Shown: piece by piece, positions 13,075 to 27,870 of the stretch
How the letters are laid out: each line of letters opens with the position of its first letter
Position numbering within the stretch: position 1 is the first letter of the stretch
Origin: Eledone cirrhosa
Taxonomy: Eukaryota
Length of the DNA: 64,000 nt
Direction: 5' to 3'
Assembly (NCBI GenBank): GCA_964016885.1
Contig: OZ024741.1
Location: forward strand, 279,558,001-279,622,000
The notes under the pieces: generated by a model
Database searches by the model: none
What the model was told of the DNA's origin: nothing
The model's input: the letters and a program-made list of their open reading frames with translations, nothing else
Translations under genes and position numbers: made by a program

Positions 13075-14571
13075 TTAAAAAGATAGAATATGATTCAAGG
13101 GAGATTTTGCTACTATTTCTAGTAGGTCAATGTACCCCATAGATTTTCCCTAGTTATTTCAAATTGGAGGAGATGTGTTTAGTTGAAATTGCCCTATTCT
13201 CATCATCACATATTTCTAATTAATGAAATAGAATGTAATTAACAAAAAATTTTGAGTGATCCACTAAAATTATTAATCGTTTCTTTATACTAAGATAGTA
13301 ACTTAACATGGTTCTTACATAAAATGTTATTGGAAGATTTAAATTTAAATAGGAACCCTTTAAAATGGGTGGTTTGGTTTCATACAGAGCGTGTTGGGAT
13401 CATAAGAAGTTAAAATTTAAAATCTGGCTCACTTCCCACTGCATTACGTATGTAAATTTAGTTAGTTAAAAGGTTGGAGTTGTGTCTCCTGTATTTTTTT
13501 TATCACTACAGGTATAATTTTAATTATAGGTGGCAAGATGAAATGATTTGCAGTTATTTGTTCCAGCTCTCTGCATTCTGAATTCAAATCCCACCAAAGT
13601 CAACTTTGCTTTTCATCCTTTTGAGGTTGATAAAAAGGAGTCCCAATCCAGTACTGGAGTTGATTCTTCCTCTATATCTTTTTCTCACTCTCTCTGGGAT
13701 CTGCAAAGGTTTAAAATGCCCCAAAAATGCTGTATACCACTATATGCCAAACCTACAACTCTTGATAAAAAATGTCTTGCCTTACTACATAAAGTATGTT
13801 ATCACCTACTTAAATAGAGCAAACAGTGAATATAGTCGAGTAGGATATAAAAGATTTCATACAAGAGAGCATTCAGAGTGTAACCTCTCAACTTATATTT
13901 CCTGATATAAATAATTTAAGATAAAACTACCAAGCACAATCTTTTTAATAAACCCTTTTGATACCAAAATCACCTAGTTCTGAGAAATAACTGTTTGTTT
14001 AAATTTATCTAAGAACATTCCATCTTAATTTTATATAAGAACTCTTGTAAAGTTATGTTCCAAATACCAGCTTAATAATGAGAAAGTTAGTCATAACGAA
14101 ATTCATGAAGTATAAAAAAAAATTCACTGTAACCGAAAGATCGACCAAAACAAATCGAACATTTGTATTACCTTGGGGATTGAAAAAAATGTTATACTGA
14201 AAAATTTGTTATAATGGAAATTTACCTGTATTACAAAATCCCTATAAGTTCTTGAATATTTTCTAAATTAGATGAAAATAATAGGCAGTCTCTTTTATGA
14301 CAGGGTCATTAGATTGTCAGAATGCTTTGCAGTATTCATTCCAGTTATCTGCCCTTTTGTGTTCAAATCCCGTCGAGGCCAACTTTACCTTTCATCCTTT
14401 CCAAAAGTAGTCCCAATCCATTACTATGGTCAATTCTTCCTTTTTATCTTTCTCACTTCCTCTCTGGAGCTACAGAGTGTGTGTGTATGTATATATATAT
14501 ATATGTGTATATATATATATACTTTCATCCAAATATTAAACATCATTTTCCACAATTTATAATTACTCCAA

Positions 14572-14812
14572 CCCTTTCATTACCATATTTCTAATGAAAG
14601 ACACTTCCCATCATTTTGAAAATAATGAAGAATTTGGAGGGATTTACCAATAACTATCATTATTAAGTTGGTTTGGAACACAAAGTTGTTTTGTTTTTGT
14701 TTTTATATAAAATGATGATGGAAAGCATAAATTTAAATATAAACATTTTAAAACAAGTAGCTTTGTATCTTAGAACCAAGAGGTAGTTTCAAGCAGGTTG
14801 TTATCAAAAGGG
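14572..14812. mobile_element. piggyBac-type MITE family 2, second copy
   Basis: CCCTTTCATTACCATATTTCTAATGAAAGACAC identical to the 12819 copy; ends AAAAGGG-TTAA. Confidence 0.7.
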
Positions 14813-16589
14813 TTAAATACTGACCAAGCTAATCATTTTGCAAGTAAATAAAAAAAATAAGTTAATTCAACCTCAAACTTTGCAACAATCCATTCATAAA
14901 TACTGACTTCCTGCCTGCTTAAACAAATAACATTACTTCAACAACTTAACATCCTGTACCCCATGAAACCACATTAGAAAGACACCCTTGAAAAGTCTAA
15001 AACAGCATTGTACCCGCATCACATTAAAAATTAAAGTTTTTAATCTAATACTGTCTGAAACTACCCTTAGTTCTACCATGCAAAATTGCTTTAAAGTGTT
15101 TCTATTAATCGTATAATCTTATATAAAAACCTTTGTTCAGATGTGTTTTGAATACAAGTTGATTATTGTTTCTAATAGAGGCACAAGGCATGTAATTTAG
15201 GGTGAGAGGAAAATCAATTATATCATCCCCAGTGCATTACTGGTACTTTATCAACCGTGGAAGGATGAAAGGCAAAAATGATTTTGGGCAGGATTTGAAC
15301 CAAGAACATAAAGAGCCAAAACTGCTAAACATTTGTCCAACATTAACGTCTCTGCCAATTTACTGCCTTACACCAACTTAAAACAAGGGTTATATTAGTA
15401 AATACCTTCAACTTCTTGATTATTTTCAAAATTAATCAAAAATCATAGGCAGAATATTTTATTAGAACAAAAGTTTAATCATAACATAATAAAGGGAGGA
15501 GTGCAGGACTACTTCCTGAATATATTTTTTTATCCCGTTTGTAAAATAAGTTGGATTACTTTGAATAAATAATGAATGAATATTACATAATTTATGTACT
15601 AAATTTCGATTAAATATAAATAATTTTAATTAAATAATCTTGATTAAATATAAATAATTTTATTGCTTATTTCAAGATCCACTTCTTTAAAATTTTCAAA
15701 TGTCAACACTTCCGGTTAGCGTCCATTATATTATAACACTTATTACATCGCTTATATAAACGATCATATATTTGCATATAAGGCTTATATTTCCATCGCT
15801 AATTTTCTCTTAATGCAGTTTATATATAATAGTCTTTTTTAAATGCATCATGGATTACTTTACTGATTGCAGAAGAGAGTGTAACACAGTCTCTTTAATT
15901 TCTGTACATATTCTCAATTACGATTTTATTTGACATATCTAAATGCATATATATTTGCATATAATATCAATATGCACATTACACATGCTAGCAGAAAAAC
16001 CACCCAAAGGGTGGCTCTAGAGATAAGGACTTTAATATTTGTTTAGATTATTAAAAAAAAAAATTCTTAGTTCAAATCTTGGCTAGGACAAAAATGCCCA
16101 TATTTGTAAATATGGCACATTTAGAGTAAACTGATCAAAATATAATGTAAATATGAAATGCGGTTAAGAGCCTGCAAAAATCATTACCTGAATAGCTTAT
16201 CTATGAAATATGAGATAATAAGGAACTTATAAGTGGTCACTCTAATTACTTGAAAGAACAGCCATCTCTTTAAATCTTAAAGACATTAAATAATGTAGTT
16301 CTAGATACACAGTATTTTTTTTATAAGATGTGATAGCTATGGCTGGAATGCTTTTAATAATAGATATGCTTCTTCAATGCTACACAGTCTAAAAACTGTT
16401 AGATATTTTTTATCTTATCTAGTCCTTATCAAAATTCATGTTTTTCCAAAAGTCCACAAAATGACATTACCATCATGTTTTAGTGTGCTATAAATAGTTG
16501 CTTCTTTTGTCTTATCTAGCTGTACATGTAAATATTTTCTGAATGTGATAAATTAGATATGAAGTCAAACAACTCAATAATTTCATATA

Positions 16590-17302
16590 CAGTATATACT
16601 TAAGTAATAATCAATCTCATGTAAAAGTCAACTCCCTATTTTTTTTTTTTCACAGTTAACAGGTCAACATTTGTGAGTTAAGGTATCATTCTGTATGTAG
16701 AAATAACACAAAATCATGATGAATACAAGACAAATTTATATTATTACAAATACATATCTAAAATTAAAAATTTACACAAAAACTAATATACTCTACAATA
16801 ACATGCCTGTGATGAGTGTAACTTTAAACACAATTATGAAAGTAATGTGATTGGAGAGTTGTTATGCGAAACATGCCAAGCAGGTATCAGCCTTGTGCAC
16901 AGTATTATGGCAGGTAGTGGCATACCGGTAGATATATATTACCCAGGGTAATATACAGTAATTATGGAATTTAAAAAATTGATTGCACTTAGCTAGTCTT
17001 AAGTTTGATGGATTTGAGTAAAAGAGCAACTGGAAATATTTATAAGAGCTATGCAGCCTTGTTTATGGATTTTGTTATTTACTAGGTCATGCTTTGAAGC
17101 ATAAAATCAGTAATATTACTAATTCATTGTGTTTTTGTTTTTATTCGTTTAGCAATCAGTTGGGCTTCTGCTACTGCAATGGTACTTTGGATTCTAGCTT
17201 GAATTTCAAGCCCCTCAAATATGGTATCCATGTAATAGTTGACCACACAAATTTGACCGTAAAAAATTATCTAAAAAATTCAACTTACACGAGTATATAT
17301 GG
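16590..17302. mobile_element. Tc1/pogo(Tigger)-like MITE, copy 2
   Basis: TIRs CAGTATATACTTAAGTAA / TTACACGAGTATATATGG; colinear with 774-1557. Confidence 0.65.
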
Positions 17303-18690
17303 ATACAATCACTATAAAAAAAGGATCAGATCAGACTATAAATGTGACACAATATGTTTAGCTAGAGTTCTGTTCAAATCCAGCAAAAGTTATCTTTCAT
17401 CTCCTGACAGATTATGATGTATTAAGGCTAGACTGGTTAGGTGACCATATTTTGTTTGTACACTCCATTTTAGACTTGGTTTCTACAGCTGGATGCCCTT
17501 CCAAGTACCAACCACTTAGTTTTAATCTATCCTGGAATACGACTAGACAGTTTGTGAATAAGACATGACATTTAGGAGTAGAGTGAAGTGATTGAAACAT
17601 AATAGAAATAAATATAGACAGACACTCTAAAGATGAGATTAACAGCCTGAAAAAAAATCACCATCCAAATAGCTTATCTAAGAAATATGAAACCACAAAA
17701 GAGCCTATATGTGGTCACCCAAGCTGCTTGAAATAACAGTTAAAAACATTTCATAAATTCCCATTTCTTGAAATATACTGTATACTGTTGTTCTAAATAT
17801 ACAATATCTTATAACAAGGACACACATAATGTGATTTTAGGTACATTATGCTTGAAAGAAAAAAAACTGACTGTTTGATCATAGCTGGAATGCTTTTGAT
17901 CTTAGATCTAATGGATCAGGGCTGACCTGCAACTAAAGAATAACAACTATAGATGTAATATTACAAGCATTACAAATATATTGAAATTCTGATAAATTTT
18001 GGAACAAACTTTTTTTAATACTTTATATAAAAAAGGATATTCATATATCTACACACTTGACTATGTCCTAGATTTAAATACTACAGGCAGCTTCCTCATC
18101 AGTTAGTCTTAAAAACAAACAAACAAAAAAACCATTGGCAAGAGAATTTCAAGAGACAGAAAGGGTAATGGATTCAGAAAGAATTTGACAAGCTGAATGA
18201 CAAAGAATTCCTAACAAAACAAGCCATTGATTACAACCCAGCTGCTGCCAATCTCACATTTGAGCTTGACAGCTTCAATACCTATATGCCATCCTATTAA
18301 CCTACAACAACACCCTCTCAACAAATGCTTTCTCTCAGTCAGAAATCTCCATTTGCATTTTGCTTTTTTCTAAGCTGTCATTGATGTAAATAGGTCAGAA
18401 AATTTCATCTAGTTTGTCTTCATCTTAATAAACTTCTTTATTTCCAAATCTCCTACACTGACCATATTGTTTCCCTTTAGCCAATTTCTATTCTGGCTAA
18501 ATACAATTAGTTGTTAGCAGCAAATAAAGAGGCATTTGAAGAAATAATATAGAATGGTGACAGTTTATCAGACAATAATCTACTATTAAAGATAAATATC
18601 TTAGCAATAGAAGTTATAATGATTCTATATATATACTCTTTTTTCCTGTACCTATCCGACGGAATTACTTCATTTACACACACACACATA

Positions 18691-18696
18691 TAGAGA

Positions 18697-18761
<65 letters not shown>

Positions 18762-18804
18762 AGAGATGAGAGAGAGAGAAGAGAGAGAGAGATGAGAGAG
18801 AGAT

Positions 18805-18857
<53 letters not shown>

Positions 18858-18858
18858 T

Positions 18859-18889
<31 letters not shown>

Positions 18890-18897
18890 AGAGAGAG

Positions 18898-18918
<21 letters not shown>
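18691..18918. repeat. (GA)n microsatellite followed by poly-G
   Basis: Direct inspection. Confidence 0.97.
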
Positions 18919-18928
<10 letters not shown>

Positions 18929-21873
18929 GGGGGGGGATATAATAATATCAATAGTTTCTACATTAGGCACAAGGCCAGCAATTTGAGGGGAAGGGGAAAG
19001 TTGATTAAATCAACCCCAGTACTTACTGGTGCTTTATTTTATCAACCCCGTAAGGATGAAAGGCAAAGCAAACCTCGACGGGATGGAGAAGCAGGAACGA
19101 AGTATCAATAATACATCATTATATTTATTCACCCATAACGCATTTCACTATCAATCAACTCAAAGTACAATCAGTAGTAATCGTGCCCAATTCTGGAGCA
19201 ATGGGTGATACCTGTAGCTCCCAAGAAAACTCTCAACCCAGTGAAGTAGCTTTAACGAAGCGAGTAAAAGACACCTCTAAAAACGCCTAGTCTTTGCAGG
19301 TTTGACAAAATACCAGATTGGTGACTGGCATGAATAAAACCACCAAAACTGCAATATGGTGAGAGGAACAAAAAAGAACAATACCACATTGTTCTTCGTG
19401 TGGGTTAACAAGGAACGTGTTCAGGCCTCAAGTAAAGAGGCCTGTTCGAAAAATATATTGCAGTCTCCATTTCATGCCACAAAAACTGGCGATGGGCCTG
19501 CAACATGTCATGGAAGGCCTGGGATGGACACAAGAGAGTCATGTTAAAATAGCCATTCCAGTGGGTGACCATCTCCATTCTAATAGCAGTGAGTAGGAAG
19601 TCGCCATTGCTATAGATTCAATGACAAACCAATAGGAAAGAAGTCGATACCTCAACAGCTTGTGATCTTCAGCTTGTCAAGTAACAAAACTTCGGTGTGC
19701 CACCAAAGGCACCAGATTATTGCTGAAGAAAGTGTCACTGGATATCACCCTAGCATGACCACTGTCCAATGACAAAAACCAGTACAAGAATGAGTGTAAT
19801 TTTTTTCTTTCTATGCATAATAATAATAGTGAAAAATAGCTTAACTATAGATGCAAACAAAGAGAAAAATGTTACATATGATATTGTTTACAAACTTCTT
19901 AAATCCTGTATTTACCAATCCTTAAATAATCACAAATTTTGTCTCCCAGTTCACTGAACACTGAAGTACAATGACATATAAAAAACATCAGACACAAAGG
20001 CTACATTTCATTTCATTTCATTTCATTTTACGTCCACTTTTCCCTGCTTGCAAGGGTCTAAACATATTTCCCAAATAAAACAAATTTATTTTAAAGTGCC
20101 AATGAGAGCTTCTATATACTTTCTCATTCTTCCTGAATGATATATATCATCATCGTCATTTAATGTCATATATATGTGTGTGTGTGTGTGTGTGTGTCTT
20201 TAAGTGTTTATTTGATTGTAAGTGTTGCATATGCATCATCTTAATCCATAAACTGAGATGTAAGCATGTTAAGGTCTCCACATCGGTTGTATGTATCCAA
20301 ACATATTTCCCAAATAAAGCAAACTTATTTCAATAGGCAAACGAGAGAGATCTTCTATACTCTGGCTCATTCTGCCAGATATAACTACTAAATTCTCAAA
20401 TCATACACTAGTCTTTAAAAAAGGGAAGAATACACTAAGTCTGACAATAAGATAGGATGGTAATGACTGAATAGATTAGATCCAACTCAAGAATATTACA
20501 ACTGAAATAAATTTTAATAAAAAGGTTTACAAAATTCTGATCTCAAGGAAAATATGTTGAAAATTTTGTAGAAAAATATAACACTGATCAATAAGAAAAA
20601 AAGAAATCATGAAATTGATTATAACTATTACATATAAGATGGTTGTTTAGCCTTATGTCAGCCCTGGTCAAACAGACCTACAATCAATCTCATTCCAGCA
20701 TATTTTCCTACAATGTCCTTCTTTCTTCCAAGATGGTAGGATGTGAATTGATAGAAATAAGCTATTTCCCATAGGCACGCCTATGTGCACTGACTCTTTT
20801 TCTCTGACTTAATACTTGTTCGTTCAATCCTATGTAAGATTGAAATCCAACTTCTGACTTGTATTTTATTGCTCTCTCACTTGCTGTCTCTCCCTCTTTC
20901 ATCTTTCTATGAATCCCTATACAAAGTTCACTTAATCAATCTCTTGCTTTCAAAGTACTGCTAGCATGTGAGTAGTTGGAAGTAAACAAAAATTTGAGAA
21001 ACTTGTTGAAACTTTATAAAATGGATGAAAAGGTAAAAAGCATTACATGTCCCACCTCATTGCATGCTCTGAGTTCAAATCCCACCGTGGTCAACATTGC
21101 CTCCAGTAATGGGGTCAATTCTTCCTCTATAGAAAAAAAATCGGCTGTATTCAAACCTGGAGAGGGTTGGGCTCCACCAGGTTTTAAAGTGCCCTAGACA
21201 CCACAAGGAGTTATAGGATCTTTATACTAATGGAGTTGTGAAACAAAAACTAAACACTTAAATATCAAAATATTAAAACTTTATGAACATATTTTACACT
21301 AAGAATTTCAAAACCATGCTATCGAAATAAAATGTGTTGATTAGCTGCATCAGCTTATAGATGGAGTTTGGATTTTTGTTCAATTCTTAGACATAAAACA
21401 TGGGGTCCACTTATATTTGAATACATGCAGTAATTGACTTTCCCCTCTCCTCAAATCACTGGCCTTGTGCCAAAATTAGAAATAATTATATGAACATGCA
21501 TGCTGTGAGTTCTGAAGAAGAATAAGCTTATTCTATATACATGTCTCTTACCACATCATAAATATTCTTCTAGCTCTATTCTAACTACTAACCACACTGC
21601 AGGTCTTATAATAGTCTACACTTGCTCCTGTTACCATCAATCACAAGTTTTAAGATGAAAGTTGACACAAGCACCAAAGCAAATAGTTCAGAAAAGTGGT
21701 AGGAGAAAGTAACAATATTTCAAATAGCACAGGACTGGGATAAACATTCTTAAGATTTGACAGACTAAATGTTTAAATGCTGAATAAAATTTGTTTTTTT
21801 AGTTGTATCAGAAGAGCAGGGGTAGGGGGGGGGGGGTATTTCAGTTAAGCCAGTAATCATATACAAGCTCAAG

Positions 21874-23200
21874 TCATCATCATCATCATCATTTAACATG
21901 GGACTTCCCAGCTAGCAAGAGCTGGACAGTTTGTAACAGATCAAGTTAGTACTCAAACGGAGCTACAGACTTCTCAAAGGGGCCAGGGTCCTACTCCTCG
22001 CTTACATACATACCCACGCTCGACTAAGTACATTTTATCATAGCACCAGCACTAGGGCAGTTGTCATGTCTTTGACTTTGAGACAGCTGAAGAGTCCAAC
22101 CCACCCTTTGTTTGGTCAGTTTTCTACAGCTCGATGCCATTCCTATCACTCACAACCATAGAGAATGTACTGGGTGTGTTTATTGTGTAGATCATGGCCA
22201 TATTTTTACTACATGCTTTCACTGCACTACTGAACACATATCTGTGTACTGCAGGTAATAACATTTTTTTTTTTTTGTTGCTGACAATTTATATTTCCTA
22301 TTGTATTGAAAGCAATGCATGCAGTGCCTAGTACTGCTATTTTCTGTCATCATCATAATTCTTTTACATGCACTATATCAGCATCCGCATCAATTTATAT
22401 CTGCTTTTCCATACTTGCATGGGTCTTTCTACTTGTTGCAATCATTTGTCATCTCTTCCATGAGCTTCAACTATTTGAAGATCAACTCTCATCACTCCCG
22501 CTCAGATCTTTCTCTACTGCGACTTGCTACCACTGGGATTTCTTGGCACTTCTTCACTCAGGGATCATCATCCATATGCATCACATATTCAAACCAGCAG
22601 AGTCTTCTCTCCTGCAAACTACATCAGACTCCTTGTATACCAAGTTTCTGTCTCAGTTTATCCATGCGTTGTCATTCATACACATTAACACTGCACATCT
22701 ATCAAAGCATGCTCACTTCATTTCTCTCCAACATTCACATGTCCTCTGCAACCACTGCCCCTGTCTCACTACCATGCAGCCTTGCACACCACACACAGGC
22801 ATCATACAATTGACATTTAATTTGTAGAAAGAAATCTTTTGTTGTCAACAAGAGTAATAGCTCTCTAAACTCCTTCCATCCTGTTCTTATTCTAACTACT
22901 ATGCTCTTAGTGCTACCTCAACCACTGCTAATTAAGTCACCTAAACAGCAGACGATATCAACCACTTCTAGGGAACCTACCTGGGATTGAAAAAGGTGTA
23001 TATCACTGACAATTTTATTATCAATTTTCCCTGAACATCTATCACATATAAAGTCTTCTTTTCCTGTTAGTCTGCCCACTATCTCGCTACACCTTGTGCA
23101 CCCAAAATGTACATAGTATAGAATTTCTACCTACTTCATTTCTGCATATTGAGCAGGACTGTTTTCTTTCCTATTTATTAACACTTTAGTTTTTGCTACT
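21874..23200 (-). mobile_element. Degraded RTE LINE
   Basis: (CAT)n tail at 21874; reverse complement encodes LHGSET and GWKEFRELL motifs shared with the other RTE copies. Confidence 0.85.
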
Positions 23201-24825
23201 TCTGTGCTAAGTTAGCTACAAGCAAAATCTTAAGTGTTACTGATAAAACAAAGTAATATATATATAAATATATATATATATATTCACACACACTAATAGA
23301 TATATGAAATCACACAACCACAAGACACTTTTTGTACTTATGTCATTGTGACACCATGCCACACACTATCTTAATAACTGAAATATATTCCAGAAACAGA
23401 GTATAGTTACACAGATTTAGTAGTGTAGTGGTAATAATTGAACAAATTAATTAGGGTTATCAATGAAATTAATTTAACTAATATCAACCAATTAATAAAT
23501 TAAATTAATCAATAAAGATTATCAAAAATATTAAGACAATTTTTCCAAAATATGCCCCAGAAAATCACCCTGCATCTTATAAGATCATGGGTCAGTTTGG
23601 GTTACTGACTAGTGGAGTTCTAGTGCTGCAGTAGCCCTTAAATTAAATTTTCACACTTCCTTATGTTCTTAAAATGTACTAAAATATTACAACTAGAATT
23701 GCGATATAGAATGATAATTTTAAAAAATACGATGTGCAAACTATACCCTTCACCTGACATTCGTAGTTTAAACCCATCTATTTCTTTCTTTTTTTTTTTC
23801 TTTTAATACCAGCACAAATTGATGTGCGTCTTTATAAGCCATCAAATAAGGTGTATATATTGTGGAGGAGGAGGATAATGTACCAACAAGCTGTGGAATA
23901 TTATTCCTGGCGAGAAATCTCAAGAATACTAACGTTACTATAATGTGTTTAAATTAATTTTGAAAATAATCCTGAATTTGGAGGGATTTAGTAAAATAGC
24001 TCACATTTTTACATTATAAAAACATTGTTTAGAACATATAATGTACATAAAATTATGGTGGAAGAATTTACTATAATTATGTACACTTTAAAATAGTTCT
24101 GATGATATAGGTCAAGTGTCAATAGAGAAACAAGAACAGGCATTGTTACAAAGTCTCACGCCAGATGAAAAACAAAAGGATGGCTGCTCAATGGAATACA
24201 GCTTCCTATGGAAGTATGTCACTAGAACAGTTAACTTTTTATTGAAACCATCATAAAGCATTTGTTCTTTATAATGGAATACATAAGGCTAGATATACTA
24301 AAGTTGAAAATTTCCAGCTTGGTAAAACATTTCCCCAATATCAATCTTTAAAAGACTGTAGGTGGTGAACAGATAGAATTGGGAGTACGTTGGATAAAAT
24401 ACCATTGAGGTATATTTCTTCTGGCTCTTTACATTCCAAGCTCATTGCCACTGAGGCCAACTTTGCCTTTCATCCTTCCAAGGGTGAATAAAAAGTACCA
24501 GTCATGTACTGAGGTTGATTTGATTAACTTTTCCCTTCCTCAAAAGTTTGCTAGCCTTGTGCTTCAGTAGAAATTAATATTTAAAAGACATAAAAACCTT
24601 TTATGAGTTAATAGCCTTTAAGATAAGATATTCTTTTACTGGTTTCAGACATTGGATTGTGGTCAAGCTACGACACTGCTTTCAAGAGTACAGGCAATAT
24701 CAGCCCCAGTACTTGACTGGTATTTATTTCATTGATCTTGGAATAATTTGAACAAAAAACACAAAAGGACATAACCAAATACCAGAAGATGTTTTGTCTC
24801 TACCACCCTAATAATACACACACAC

Positions 24826-24891
<66 letters not shown>

Positions 24892-24959
24892 AGAGCTAAA
24901 TAAAAAGTAACACAGGGTGGAGAGGACTCTCGAGTCCAGTAAGACAACCTCTCTAGTTC

Positions 24960-25540
24960 TAGTAGCAGGAATAATACATCAAGTCCACACTGTAAGGTGG
25001 TTGTGATAGGAAAAGCACCCAGCCACAAAAACCCTGCCCAAAAATATGAACAGTACAACATATAATTCCCACAAAATGCATATACAGGGCTAACACTAGT
25101 CATATTAGTGATGCGGATGGTAGTGGGGTGGCTAGTGTAGCCATGTGCGAAAATCTCTCGACCGTCATCAACCCTTTTCCTTTTTAGTCTTAGATATACA
25201 TAAACCTTCTACCCAAGGAAATAGCAACTGGCAAGGTACAAAACTCAGGACTGCCACCCAGAAAGATAAATCGGACAAAATTATGGAACTGCTAGAGAGG
25301 AGGGAAGTAGACATCTACTGTGTACAAGAGGTGAGATAGTGGTCTTGTTGGGGCACCCCTCTGACAGGCAAACAGCAAAGATACAAGCTTTACTGGATAG
25401 GAAATGATGATAGGGTAGGAGGCATAGGCATCTTACTAGCTGAGAAATGGATAGATAAAGTGATAGAAGTAGTTAGGGTAAGTGTCAGAATTATCAAGCT
25501 TAGGTTAGCAGTAGGAAATAAAATGGTGACAATTGCCCTA
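24960..25540 (+). mobile_element. RTE LINE 5' region with APE endonuclease fragment
   Basis: ELLERREVDIYCVQEVR then YKLYWIGNDDRVGGIGILLAEKWIDKVIEVVRVSVRIIKLRL (AP-endonuclease motifs, with a stop). Confidence 0.8.
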
Positions 25541-25707
25541 TAAAACCTACCAAGTGTAGTAATAATGAAATAGCAGTACTAAGTTACATATTAGAAGTGC
25601 CTGTGTTGGTAGCTAATTTCATATACACATTCATGCAGTCCTGGTTGATTCTGTAATATACAGATATGTATTTATTAAATATTTTAGCTGCTTACTGCAC
25701 TATTTAA

Positions 25708-25923
25708 CCATTTAGCATTTACATTACTCTATATTTACTATTGTATTTTTGTGGTAAAGGTTCTACCTCACATAATATCAAATCTACAAGATTTTGACGT
25801 TATTTATTTTGAGAACAATATTTTAACATCAGTATGAGAGGCAAGTTACAGAAAGTTATGGCCAGTTTGAACAGAGAGGTGAGAGAATTCTGGCCAGATA
25901 TGGCCGGTTTAAGTGCTAAAGGG
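25708..25923. mobile_element. piggyBac-type MITE family 1, copy 2
   Basis: TTAA TSD 25704-25707 and 25924-25927; colinear with 2054-2270. Confidence 0.8.
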
Positions 25924-26320
25924 TTAATATATTTTAATATCAGCTACCAACATAAGGGTTGTGGATTTGCAGAACTGATATTGCAATATTTCTTCTAGCT
26001 CTTTACACTCTGAGTTCAAATCCAGCCGAGGTCAACTGTGCCTTTCATCCTTCCAGGATCAATAAAATAAAATATCAGTCAAGTATCGGAGTTGATTCAG
26101 TTAACTATGCCCTACCCTAAAATTCCAATTGAGACTAAACAATATTAACTACCAACATAAGTCCTAATAATGTGCAAATCAGTACCTTCGTTTCATGGTT
26201 ATTACAACACTTTGTAGGCAATATAAAGCCATTAGCTATATATTTCTTTATTGTTGATCAAGGATGCCGATATCCTCTGATGAAAAGATCATTTGTTCAG
26301 GGAAATACATAAATTTGACA

Positions 26321-26480
26321 TGTATACATACCTAATGTATATATCTATATATACATTCACCCAGTCTTAGTTAATCCTGTATTGTATATGTACAGCTGGA
26401 TATATACATACCTAATGTGTATATTTATCTACACATTCACCCAGTTTTAGTTAATCCTGTGTTATATATGTACAGCTGGA
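26321..26480. repeat. 80-bp tandem duplication
   Basis: TATACATACCTAATGT...TTAGTTAATCCTGT...TACAGCTGGA twice. Confidence 0.9.
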
Positions 26481-26743
26481 GAGGAAATGAGCTCCACCAG
26501 GTTATTAAAAACTTCCAAAAAATGCTGTCATTACACCCCCACCCCACCCCACCTACGACTCCATTAGGAGTTACAGGTTAAAAAAGAAGGTACAGATATG
26601 TATTCAACTAATATCATATATTTTCTTGATAAGAAATAAAAACCATATTTTTACACACACCCTGCTCCTAAAAAAATCCTATTTGCAAACATATTTCACA
26701 CATCACGTATAATTTAAAATCCTTAATTTACCCCACTAACACA

Positions 26744-26775
26744 ACTTACCTGGGGAAATTAACAGAGAAAAACAG
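26744..26775 (-). other. Candidate splice signal: polypyrimidine tract-CAG|GTAAGT
   Basis: Minus strand reads CTGTTTTTCTCTGTTAATTTCCCCAG|GTAAGT, junction 26750/26749. Confidence 0.45.
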
Positions 26776-27341
26776 CACTTATCTTTTGTAATAGTAAACA
26801 GTAGTAAGGGCACTTTGCTATTGGTAGCAGTAGTACTATTAGATGCTGGCAAGTTACCAGCTGGCAACAGTATTGACACAAAATGAAGGACTTGCCAAAT
26901 AAAGTCAACAACCAGCCTCCAATGTATTTCAAAAGCAATGGAAAAGGAAAAGTGTCATTGCTTCATATATAAACAATGAATTGACAGAAATTGAATAAAC
27001 TGTAACCAGCAAATGCATATGGTGACATTACAGACTAAATGGTATATTGCTAATCAGAAGTATTCAATTTTATTATCAAAACAGATTTGTATAGACATAC
27101 TACATATGGAAAATAGTAGATAAGTTCTCCATTACAGAGACAATTTATTCAATTGGACTCACTGATAGAGCAGTGATAACATTATGAATGGACTCCACCA
27201 CAGCTGTGGTGGGGAGGAGGGAGATATCTTCTGTCCATAGTAATCTATTTATTGCTTGCTTGCATATAGACAGCAGTGAAAATATGAAACGGGAGGGAGG
27301 GGGGCTCTTAGAATATCAGGAGCAGCAGCAACATCATTTCC

Positions 27342-27700
27342 ATGCTGCTATGGTTGACAGATCCTGACAACTACTTAACTTCAATCGGAACGTCAGCAGC
27401 CCATCTGGTGAAGGAGCCTCGTGGGGTGGGGTGGCCATTGCAGCGGGTGTCACTAGCCATTGTCCGCGGAAATGCCTTTGCAGTTTTGTCCACAGCTGAA
27501 ACACCGCCCTGGCCTCGGTGTAGAGCCTTGTCACCCTCTCCTTCCATGGTCTAATATAGTCCTTGCTTTTTCCCTCCTTTACTTCCCATTTATGGCATTT
27601 ATACTCCTTTCCTTTACTTTCCTATACAGCCAGTTCTGCCCTTTACCCAACCCCCTTTCTTTTTCATTATATAATTATGAAAAGTTAAATAATTTAAATT
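27342..27700 (+). mobile_element. CRE-like non-LTR retrotransposon 3' end
   Basis: ORF 27342..27554 contains EPRGVGWPLQRVSLAIVRGNAFAVL, the typical QRLSxAxxRGNA C-terminus. Confidence 0.75.
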
Positions 27701-27763
27701 GACATTCTGCATGATTTCATGAAAGATTTATCTCACTAATTTCAAATCTTTCTTAGACTATAA

Positions 27764-27832
27764 GAGTGTTTCCCAATGTGGGCTCTGAAGAAAACCAGGG
27801 TTCCACAAGATAAAGTGTCTTATTAAAATTTA

Positions 27833-27870
<38 letters not shown>

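Noticed and set aside
16503-16525. miR-9-like sequence (TTATCTAGCTGTA)
   Set aside because: Seed region mismatched and no hairpin partner
21505-21552. Hammerhead-like CTGAAGA-AGAATAAGCTTATTCT-ATATA-CATG-TC
   Set aside because: GAAA core missing and stem I weak; at best a decayed relic
26744-26756. U1 snRNA 5' end (ACTTACCTGG)
   Set aside because: No downstream U1 sequence; it is the complement of a splice donor
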